A model generated the notes under the pieces. It searched no databases. It saw only the letters and a program-made list of their open reading frames with translations, and was not told the origin of the DNA. A program made the position numbers and the translations under genes. Shown one piece after another: positions 35,800 through 46,760 of a stretch of 64,000 nucleotides of DNA. The first letter of the stretch is position 1. Each line of letters begins with the position of its first letter. The DNA comes from Klebsormidium nitens. Taxonomy: Eukaryota > Plantae > Klebsormidiophyceae. The stretch covers positions 62,001 through 126,000 of the forward strand of contig DF237007.1 in the NCBI GenBank assembly GCA_000708835.1, in the 5' to 3' direction.

Positions 35800-38700
35800 A
35801 AACGTTTCCGGGTCTTCTTGAATACGTGCACGCTTGTCTGCGCGCGCGCACTTCTCGAAGGCTCGGCTGATGATGCTTCCCAGGCAAATCCTTGTCTTGA
35901 GACGCCCGGTAGATTGCCCTCTTCTCGACGCTGCATCGCAGACTAACCGGTATGTGGACACGGGGTGCTTCTAGCCAATTCGATTTGCCCGGTGGAGAGC
36001 CTGGTTGGCGGACGATAATGCAGGATCCTCAAGTTAAGGGGCAACACTAGAAACAAGCTTCGAATCGAAGCAGCTGATGTTGTCTGGTATCCGTGAATCA
36101 AAGACTACGTCCGTGAATCAGTGTGGACGTGACATCATCCCGCTGTTCCCAGCGCGAACACTGTCAAAGCGGACAATTCACATCGATTCATCAAAAATAT
36201 AGGAATCTCCTATTTCTGGGAAGACCAGAATTCTCACTCCTTCCGTGGGACATGTAGACAGGCTTTCTCGTGTAGCCAAGTTTGACTCGGCTCTGCCTGC
36301 GAAAGGAAGCTGAGCTCGCCTTTGCAAGGCAGAAACTTGCTCACCTCTCCACTTCAGGCACCGGAGCCGTTCAATTGTCGTCCGCTTTTCCCTAGTAGGC
36401 TGCGGGATGGGTGCACCATGTCTATCTCTTGACCGGGCACCCTTGATCTCATCCGGCGCCGGAACCGACCCGTTCTCATCCTCCGAGCTTCTACAATCTC
36501 CTGGCACCGATCCCTGATTCTCCTCCGAGTCTAGTTCGTCTCGGTCCGACCGCTTCCCTTTCGGCTTGCGCCGTCTCATGGTTGCGGGCGCCCACGTGTC
36601 CGATCACACGTGTCAGATTATCCGACGGCTGCGGCTCTTTGTGATGCGCTGCTCGTAGAACTTCCTACCGAGGACCTTGTCTACGAAAGCAGTCTTGCAG
36701 CTCCTGCGCCTTTCCGTTCATCTTCAACCGCAGATATACGAAGTCGTTCCGCGGCGGAACCCCCAGCGCCCCGTGCAAAATTCCCTCCCCAGCGTAGTAC
36801 AGGAACGGCCCAAAGAGCGCCGTCAGCTCCACCCGAGCGGCTTCCGGTTCCGGTTCTGCTCCCGCGTTCCGTTCCAAGTTCTGGCCCGTTCTGGCGGACC
36901 ACTGCTCGAGCGGCCTCTCGACCCTTATCATAAATTCGTCGCTCGCTGGCAGGGCGCCCTCCAGTTCCTGTCCGTCTCGCGGGTTCCGGTGGCGATTCCG
37001 GTGCCGGAATACACTCCAGCGGACTCGTCAGACTGGGGTGCTGCCGCTTGGTTTTGCGCGTTCTTGAGTCCCGTTCGACTTTCTGGGCGCGGGCCGCGCG
37101 CGCCGAAGAGCGCCATGCCTGAAGCTCGAGGAATCTTTTGTGGCAGAGAGTACCTGAGAGGGAGTAAAGGGGCATCAAAATGCTTGCAAACTGATAGACC
37201 ATTCGGGGACTGACTTTGATTGAGTCGGTTTGGTTTTCATCAGGGAAACCCTCGTCAAGGTGAGTACTCATATGATGGCAACGCTCCCTTCAGTCAAATT
37301 CAGTGGAAGTAACAGGCGATCGCCTGGATGCAGCTACTTGATACGTCGAGGGCGGTGTGCAACGATATCAAATGATGGAGGGACCAATTTTTGTATTGGG
37401 AATCTGAATATATGCTCAGTCGCTTCTAGTACGAAGAATGGTCAGTGATCGTGAATGCGTTCCTAGAAAAGTCTCGCCCAACATTCACTTGGGGAGCATT
37501 CGCAGATTGATTGCACGCTTTCCTTTCATACACCTGTGACGGTGGGTATGCCGAAGAGGCTGACGCAATGGTGACGAACAAACGGATTGTTTTGAGTCCT
37601 GTAGTCGATAAGAAGAGACCTGGACGCTTCTCTAGATCAACAGCAGATCACCTGTCAGCATAAGCACCCGCGCCGTCCTCAGTCGATCCAACACCTGGAA
37701 CGTCTGCGTTCCGGTGACCCTCGTCCACGACTACCTGGTTCGGAACCTCCAGAAGCAGCTTTCCAAGCTCTGCCTGCGCGCCCGTCCGCCTCAGCTGCTC
37801 ATAGCTTATGAGCAGCGGGCCGTCCTTCCGGGCTCGCCACGTGGCGACCGTTTGCAGGCATTTCTCGTCTCCGTCTCGAGCGCGCACGTGCCGCGCGCCG
37901 CAAGTCTCGATCCGCGCGCTCTCCGTTCCGCCCGTTCCGCGCGGCTCCGGAACTCCTCCTCGCGCCGCTCCTGCGCGGCCGCGCGGCGGACGCTTGACGT
38001 GTCCAGCCGATAGACCGCCAAGTGGCGGGGCTTGCCGGGCTTGCCCGGAAACCACTTCCGAATTTCGAGCAGCCAGTTATCTTGGATGCTGGCGGGCGCG
38101 ACGATCAGGGGCAATAGCCGCTCTTGGTGACGTAGGTGCTCGTTCAGGGCTAACGCCTGCAAAAGGACGGGCGGTTTTGAGAATTTGTCGCGTTTTGTGA
38201 ATCTACTCAACGATGAACCGGCCTGTTCTTGCCTTGATTCCGGTCGCCGAAGTAACTTGCTACAAAGAGCTAGGACTTAATTATTCTTTTGCCATTCTAG
38301 AAGGAGTCAGCCCGCGTCTGCGTCTCAGCTCATCGGACCGGCCGCAATGTGCAAACGGAAGTAGATGAACTCTGAATACCAGTGACTATTTTGAACGGTT
38401 GTTATCTTGCCTGCCTCAGTCTACAGTAACTTGTGCTAAGGGGAAACGGCAGGGTTCAATGGTAATGAAGGACTGCGACAGCTTCCGGCAGAGAAATCGA
38501 AAAGGAAAACCTGAGAGTATTTTGAAGTCTGGACCTTCTTTTCATATTGTTCAAAAATTCATGTCGGGGTCCAGTTTCGAAGAAAAGAACAAGCTCGAGC
38601 AACGTCTTGAATTCTGAGACCTGCTAAATGGGTATGCAAAGAGGTCAAAGTTTGTTATCGAAGCAGAACGACACAAGAGCTCACCACAAGAGTTTTGCCA

Positions 38701-39742
38701 AGCCCGGGCGACATCCACAGGATTGCTCCCCTACCCTTTCCACCGGCCTCTGGATCGCCCACCATTCTCCGCTTCAGGAACTCAAATGCTTCCACTTGGT
38801 GCGGCAGCAGGTTTGCTTTTGAAAACGTCTCCCCACTGGGTGCCTCCAAAGAAGTTCTCGCCCCCAAAATCTGTCTCTCCAGACCGACTCCCACGCTCTC
38901 CGGGGCGTTCTTTTCCCTCATCTCCTTGCTGACGTTCTTACCATTTCCTTTCGTATTCAGAATCGGCTCCTTTGGCGAGACCTGACTTTGGCCGCCCGTT
39001 GCTTGCTTCGACTGACGTGCGTCCGCTTTCGTGAGCGGGGGACCAGCCGCTCGCAGCTCCGCGCGCGTGCGCGCTGTTTCTGCGTCGACGGGCGCGCCCA
39101 CCGCGAGCGCCTCCCTCATTGCCCGCTCGCGCTGGATTTGGGCGCACTGCTCCCAAGCAGTAGCCGCCGCGCCCTGGTCCGTCCCATCAACGGTCCGAAC
39201 CTGGCCCGCTCGTCATACAACGGTTCAAATTCGTCGCCGTCGCTGTCGGACGGCCACGTGAAACCCCTTCTGATCTGGCGCTCCATCGAGTTTCGAGCGT
39301 TCCCAAGCTGCTTCCGCCGCTCACGTTTTGCCCCGTTTTAGTTCCCAGCAATTTGTTTCACTCGCTCGTTTACGACGGCTGTTCTTCCGCCCCCTCCCCT
39401 CCTGCGGGTTAGCGATTATTTCCCCGTCGCGTAACCCAAACCCTGCCGCTTTCACGGCCCCAGCCGCAAACCCTTCGCCTCACGGACGCGAGGGGCGCGC
39501 TCTTGACCCCACCCCGCGGCCGCGTTCGCGCGCTCCTCCGCTGCTATGAGTCTCGCCCACCAGTCCCTGGACAGAACGTCCCGTTCTCCACTTCGTACAA
39601 AGGTATCGTTTGCAGGACCTCGCACTTTGGCAATCTTCGCGAGGCGCCCCGTCTTGTCGCCGACTTTCACTTCCGCCTCCTCGCCCCCTGTTAGACAAGA
39701 TCGAAGAATCCGGTCTTGAATTTGGAAGGAACCGCTCTGCAT
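35800..39742 (-). pseudogene. Decayed SNF2/SWI2-family helicase gene
   Basis: Motifs in correct order: LLPHQVEAFEFL and GAILWMSPGLGKT (38700-38810); LIVAPASIQDNWLLEIRKW; LISYEQ; VVVDEGHR; RVLMLTG|T; FGPFL; RILVF; QALHRANRIG*KHPVSTYRLV. Frame changes occur at about 39150, 37900-37990, 37710, 36950-37100 and 35930, and there is an in-frame TAG at 35973-35971 in motif VI. Confidence 0.8.
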
Positions 39743-40808
39743 CGCTGCCGGTCTCGTGTTCGCGTTAAATCGGCGCGCGTTCTGCGACCGGATGTGTACC
39801 CCGGCGGTGACTCGAAAGGTGCGCCGCAGCTACTTTAGCCTTAGCGTTTGCTAGATTGGTCCAGTCGCCTGTCCAAGTCAAAATTCTTGACGCCGTTCGG
39901 ATCCGGTTCCGGCCCGCCCGTTCCGTCTCCTGATTGCGTAGCTCGGCTTCCTCGAAGGCTCGGCTTGATGGATCTCAGATTCCGGTGTCCGTCACTCCCC
40001 CAGTTTCCGCTTCCGCCTGTTGCCTCACCCCAAGCAGACACTTTGTGACCCAGGTTCAAGCAGAGCGTGACAGTGGGGAATAGCACGACCGGTGCAGCTG
40101 TCGGTCAAATTCAACCTTACATGTATACCTCACTCAAATTAACCGATTGCAATTGCTTGAATAGGACGGCAACGAAAAGGGGAGCAGTTCCGAGTCCTTT
40201 TGCGCTTTGCACCAAAAAGTAAGGAAAGCCTATCCTCGGGGCGAGATTTTGTCCGAGGGTGCAAATAGAGTAAGAATCCTCGTAGCCGGGCGAGGAGCTG
40301 AAAGTACTGCCAAAACCAACGTAGGAATTGTGCAATTCAAGCTTTCAGAACGCGTCGTCCACTTCTTGATACCGCCTAGGTTATATGTTATCAATGACTA
40401 CCACGGGATCTACTCTGGTGGCTGTAAACCGTTTGCTTGGCTCGTTGCAAAGAAGCATGGTTCGAACTCGCGCGCACGCAAAATACTCGACAAACTCCTT
40501 CGGCTTGATCCGAGGACGTAAGTGCCGCAAAGAGTCTCGTACACAAGCTAAGAGAGACTCAGCTTTCATTTCAAGCCACTGAAAATCGTCACGAGAGTCT
40601 GTTTGTAGAGTCATCCTGATCGCAGCCTGAACTCTGAAGACTTGAAAGCTTGCCCACAGTCTGGTATGAAGAAACTAGTCACATGACCAGCTTTTCAGAT
40701 ATTCTCCCTTCCCATTTCTTTCATACTTCCTTTGAACTTCTTCGCACCGCAAGCAAGGCGCCACTGATTTTTTCAGCCGTCTGCAACCCCCGCAACCTGC
40801 TTGCAAAG

Positions 40809-43800
40809 ATGGAGGCGAAGTCGTCCCTGATTGGCCTCTTCGGCCTACTTTGCCTCGTCCTGCAAAGTGCAGAGGTGAGTAAAAGTCGGTGGGAAAGACA
40901 AGCAGGTTTCCTATCGAAAAGGGGACCTCCTTCTGATGCTTGTTCTTTGTTCCTAGCTTTGGCTTACTTATGAGACCCTGCTCTCCGATCCGCGTTCTTG
41001 TTGAGTAGTCTCCATGTCGAACTTCCGGCGAGTGACTCGAGCATGAAATCTGGCAAGGCATATCATTGACATCAGTCTGTCACTAGGGAACTGGACGATT
41101 CTAAATTGCTGTATGAGTTGGCAAAGTATATAGACAACCTACATGGGCCACTCGGAAGATGCATCTCGTCCTGCTTATCTGGTCGATGGCCTTTTGTAGT
41201 GCGGGTGTTCTTGTTTCTTGTGATTCAAAGCCTTTTTCAAAAAGACAATCACGGCCAACACTTGTCGGAACGTCGGAGCGAAGAGTCAGTAATGTCATGC
41301 CGTGATAAGCAGCCGTTTCGGCCGTCGTTTTTAGAGTGTGTGTGTTTATGGTTTCCGCCCAATCACAGAAATCGCAGTTTGGAAGCCGCTTGACACGTTT
41401 GCTTCATCAATTTCAGGTTTTCGCAACCGCTTTGGGGGAAGACTCCGGTTCCGTCGATCCGATGACGGAACTCCGGTTCCGAGGCGAGACTACCGCAGTC
41501 GCCCACCGGAAGCTGATGCAGACTGCGTCACCAACTCAGGCGCTAGGTAGGTGCAGAACGAGCTTCAAAAAATATGGAGTTAATTGATCTAGATACTGCC
41601 CTAAAGGGCGATCGAGGAACTTCCTAAACCTGGCAACGGTGGCGAAACTAAGTTCCAAAATGAGGAAGAGAGACCCGGGTCTTTGAGAGGGACGCTTTAT
41701 TTCAGACCTGACTCTCAGGTGGGCTAGTGAGGTCTCGTTCGGTTACTATATTCTTCTGGTTCTTGGTGCAAGGTTGAAGCTTGAAAGCACGTCTCAAACC
41801 AAAATCCTGCGAATGACAAAAAAATGCTGTGCAAATCTGGTGCAATTAGGTTCAGCTTTGGTCTCACACTCCGCTGAGCTCAACTTGAAGCAAACCCTTC
41901 GGTCCGGATGCTGACTTCGAGTTCCTCGTGCTTAATCCCGGGTCAACACCTTAACGTGCAGGTGCGGTTGCGTCCATGTGCCCGCCTACTGACCTGATGT
42001 CGAAGCCGCTGACCCGGGTCATCTGTTACTACGTCGTGACGACTGGTGGGGTCGAGTCCAGTGCGAGGGCGGATTGCACGTACAACGCAACCGGTGCTCT
42101 TCTCAAGCCTTCAATAATACCCGCGGTCTCCTGCCCAGGTGAGAAAAGGGGCGCCGTTCCTGCTTCGAATAAAGCTCCAACCCGTTTCGACCCTTGTAGT
42201 GAATGCGGCCGGATCGGCTTTCATCACCTTTTGCTAGAAATCAAGCTAGAAGATCTACAGAGAGGCCGAAGCAGAGGCGGGAGGAGGGGACCTCGGCTTC
42301 TGCATAAGTCTGGGACGTTGTCTGGAAGCTGATCAGATGTAAAACGGTAATTTGTGGATAATCGACGTTGGATCCTTTCATTTCACCCAGAGTTCGCGAA
42401 AGATTCTTTTGGCCGAATGGAAGCATGTTATACAAACTGGAGGAGATTGGCACTTTACAAGGAATTCTTACAGACTTGGACGTACAGATGGGTTTTTCCT
42501 CGCCCTGTGGCCCTTCCGGCCAAATCTCGGCCAGTGCCGCTTGTGGTATAGATGCAAATAGTGACCGCTTTATTCGCTGCTTCTATGCGGTGATCATCCA
42601 TGACTTACAGATCTTCTCGACTTCGCCAGACAATCTCCAACTAATTATACTAGCAACTGGAAGTACTGTGCTTACCTTGAGTAGCATCTGTTCTTGGCTC
42701 GCAGTAATGGTCGTCCCCAACTCTTGTCCCGCGTCGGTTCAGCAGAACGTTGCAAGTGCGTACGTGTTCCGCCAGATAAATTCTGCTTGCCGGTACTTAA
42801 TCGCACTACCCGTAGATTCACGAGATTGCGTTTACGCCGCGACTGGCGCGCCAATTCCGAGGAACGACCCCGACTGTCCACGTGAGCGCTCTTCTTCGAA
42901 GGCAAAGGCCCTTGATTCAAGATCCATCTTCAGGTGATAGACGAAGGGAATGATCGGATGATGTGAATTTATTACGGTTTTGTGAAACACCATAGATGAT
43001 GTCTCAAGTACGAGTCCTTAAATAAGCGCCATATGAAAATGGGGGCAGAGTAAAAATGTTGGCCAGCCCGAGTGGCCAATTGATTGCCATACGGGTTCGC
43101 ATGCTTCAGTTCGGGACTACCTTAAAGCCTGAATTGTTCTAACCTCTTTCAAGGGCGTTCTGGTCTCGTCCTGAAATTCTAGGCTGTGTTGTATGATCAA
43201 AGCTCCTGAATACAAAATCATCAAGCAGCCCCGTTGCTTGACGGGGCTGGCAAATTCTCGTGCTTCACACATGTACTTTTGAATATGTGCGCAGGCGAAA
43301 TTAGTGTGTCCCCAACGCCTGCTCTGACGCCTGCTCCAACGACACAACCGCCAATGACACGTAAGTTGAACTTCAGTTGGCCAGCTTTGCGGTCGTCGCT
43401 CCGCTGTTCTGGGCTCCATTTTGGATCTTAAAGCGCGAAAGGAATCATTGGACAGAGTTGGTTGGAGTGGAGCTCCTCGTACCTTGGAGCTTAATAATGA
43501 AGCGAATAGAGTTCCAGTATCTCAGAAAAGAACGAGAGAAAGTTTGCGTAGCTCTTGCTAAAGAGCGCCCAAAGCTTTCTCAAGTGCAACTTCCCGTTCA
43601 AGCACGTCTTTCATGTCTTTTTTGCAGGTGTAGTGAGGCTCACATGCCCCGTCATAAATTCGACCTCGAACCCGTTGACGCGATTCGCGTGTCTGTACGG
43701 AGTCCAGCAGAGTGTCCCAGCCAGCTTTAACACTACATACGCGGACTGTTTCTACAACACGACCGGTGCACTCGTGCAGTCGCAAGTGGATGATCCAAAT

Positions 43801-45372
43801 ATCCTCTCCTGCCCAGGTGGGCTATAAAACCTCGAAGACGTTTATTTTCAATCTTCAAAACAATTGCTGCTTTTTAGAAGCTGACGAGAAGTAGAGGCAA
43901 AGGAACGCGGTATCTCTTCATTGACCGCATGGCTCCCTATAAGAGACCCTTAATTTGTGATTCCGGGTTTTGTTGGGGTCAAGTTGAGATGCGGCTCACA
44001 GATTTGAACGCTTTCTGTTGGGGCTTGGTTGAGCTCTAGCAATATCGACATCGGTCTGCAGTCGATACGCATACCTATTTAACCGTTACGTGTAGCAGCG
44101 CTACTCTTAAACGATGGAAATCATTTGGGGCCAGCGAACCTTTCACCTAGTGAAAGGTTGCTAGATTGCATCTACCCTCAGATCTATGGACTCGGAAGAT
44201 GTCATAGACTGAAGCGTCAAGCAACGACCCAATTGAGCAAGCTTGAAGTGTCAAGAAAACGTTATTGAAAGGTTGCAACGCGGACATCTGTCTTCATGCA
44301 TATTTGGCTTCACGATGACTATCACATACTACTACCGTCGTACAAAGCCAACGCATCAAGGACATCTTCAAGCAAGAGAATCTTGGCACCGTTCATTCAT
44401 AAAGTTGCAAACGACTTATCATTGCGCCGCAAGTTTGCCCCCTAGAATCGACCAATATGTGAATAAACTCCCCTCGAAGTCCTTTGGGCGCGCGGGCAGA
44501 TGGTTTAACCTATCCGTGTTCTTTGTCCCTCCTCATTGTAGGAAGCACACCGGTCCCAAACTCGTGCCCTAGCGCAACATCGGTTGGAATCTCTCCTGCG
44601 GTGACATTCTTCAACTTCAATTGCCTCTACAATACTCCTGCCTTGGCGGCCGGGTTGGGCCCTCAGAATGAAGGAAGTTGCCTGTACGAGCCACTTAATG
44701 GCACATTGCTCTTTAGCATCAATGTTCAATGTCCCGGTGAGTCTTGCACCTCTCCTCAAAAATAAAACCCATAAAAATAAAACCCTTGCGTTCGTCACCG
44801 GCCGGTCTAGAATCCCTTAGCATGATGATTTTGGAGTGCAAGGAAAGCACGTGAATTTTTTCGCCTACCGACGCTTTTTCTCCAATACTGCTAACTAACA
44901 TAATTAGGTCCGTTTTTGTCTCGTTTTGTAAATCGTTTCGACGAGCGGGTCCCCGCCACCAGATAGACGGTTGGAAGGGCACCTCATGCGTTTGAGCGGC
45001 TGATTGGGTATCCCTGGTAGAATCATTACCCAACAACTGAATCAAACCTTGAACGGGACTTGATTTGTCACGAAGCGGTCTGCACAGCAGTGCACTAGCT
45101 GTAAGCGGCACACTTGAACAGCCGTAGAGTTCCTTCAAATTTACAGCCGATGAAGTGGTGCTCGTTCAAGGCCCACTTTCCGGGAACTGGGACTTTCAAT
45201 TGTAAGTCGTGCACATGCAGCCCTTAAGCCACAGAAAAACGTCAGGAAGGTTGACTTGAAACGAATTTAATCCAATTTTCCGTTTTTCCGGTCCAATCAA
45301 GACCCGCTGTCGTGCTCATGACTATACCTTGTTGGACTTGTGCAGGCACCTTAATGCCCGTGCCGACTTACG
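40809..45372 (+). CDS. Secreted protein: signal peptide, RKLM propeptide, four ~55-aa 4-Cys repeats and a Pro/Thr linker (last exon unresolved)
   Basis: Exons 40809-40874, 41417-41546, 41962-42138, 42705-42881, 43295-43360, 43628-43816, 44542-44736, 45346-45372. All have GT-AG ends, with phase 0 for the first intron and phase 1 for all others. Repeat consensus CP-x13-18-CxY-x11-17-CxY-x2-3-(T/N)G-x10-15-CP. Confidence 0.8.
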
Positions 45373-46760
45373 GTAAGTTTCCGTTCCTCCCTTGACCACC
45401 TAGCCGAGTCCCATCTTAAGCGACAGAAATGTGCGCGCCATCTTTGAAATCGGCCCACGTACAGTGACGTGGATTTACGTCGATCATATTTCCAGGTTGC
45501 ATCTTGTACTACTTGAGGACGTATTGGATTCGATTGATAAGCATATGCAACGAATCACCTAGACATACAAATACAGCTTTCCGTTGGATACGGAAAGTTG
45601 CTCACTAATTGAACCGGTCGGTCGATCTGGTGCGTTAGGCAGGGACATCATGATGAATAATTGGATTGCAGTTCATTTATGCACTGTACGTTACCCTTGC
45701 GACCACGTTTTTCGTCTCAGTACTGTCGGTTGCGTTGTTGCCCTTCCTGAATCATCCAACACTCAATGTGCAGGCGCTTGATCGTGGAAACAGTGTAACA
45801 GGATTGAAGCCGTAATTCCGCAACTGTCGCGCGCCAGGCTTTGGGCAGGATGGTCCGGGTATATAGAACGGTGGATAGAAACGGCGTGTGTTTACGTTCA
45901 ATTGTAGGATGTGAATAAGAGCGGGCAGAAACTAAGTTGAGACGAAACAAGATTCTGTGTAGTGCCGAAAAGAAGGTTCCGAGCCTATGGTTTGCACATG
46001 GGCGCAGTATGTACAAATCATTTCAGTCAGAGAGGTTTAGCTAATGTCTCTATTCACGACCCAACAAGTCCCGCTATACAAAGAAGTACGCTAACTGCAC
46101 AGCCAGCTTTTGACCAACCTCTTTTAATGAACACAAATATGTGAATATAACTAAGAAACCCCATATGGCCGTAATGATCCTAGAGGTCCTCACTTTCGAG
46201 CGCCAGCCCTACTTATTCCCTGTGCTCCTATGTACCTTCTCTCCGGGCATGCCCTTTGCCGTGTAAACGAGTGTGAGTATGTACAGCTTTTACCTGCCTC
46301 ATTTACACGTGAATGGTCTATTTTCTTCCCAGCACTGCTCCCATGTGCTCCATGTTGCCCCATCTCCTCATATCTGATAAAACCCGCTCTGCTTCACTTG
46401 GCCCCTAATCGAGGTAAAACGGTGTATGCAACTATCGGTCCTTCTTCGTCCAAACGAGGCTCCATCTCTCCTCAGCTCGACCCCCCAGCTTGTCGTCACA
46501 CACTCCATGAACCAGCGCTTCCCACTCGCTCCAGCCCACAGCCGTCCGGATCCATCTACTACCTCCGTACTGAACTCGGCAAGCCAACGAAGAGCCCTGC
46601 TTCCGTCCATCCCGCTTCGGCCACCCACTGCTGGAATTCAGCCGTGGGTGCCAACGCCCTAAGAATCTTCTCCCGAGCTCCAAAGCTCCACCACCGCAGG
46701 ATTCGCCCAAACCCCTCCACTACGGCCCAAACCCCTGAAGCCCTCACTCGCCCGCCCAAA

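Noticed and set aside
45373-45830. Terminal exon candidates for the secreted Cys-repeat gene (acceptors near 45463, 45495, 45720, 45773)
   Set aside because: Several AG sites give short open frames and none can be favoured from sequence alone.
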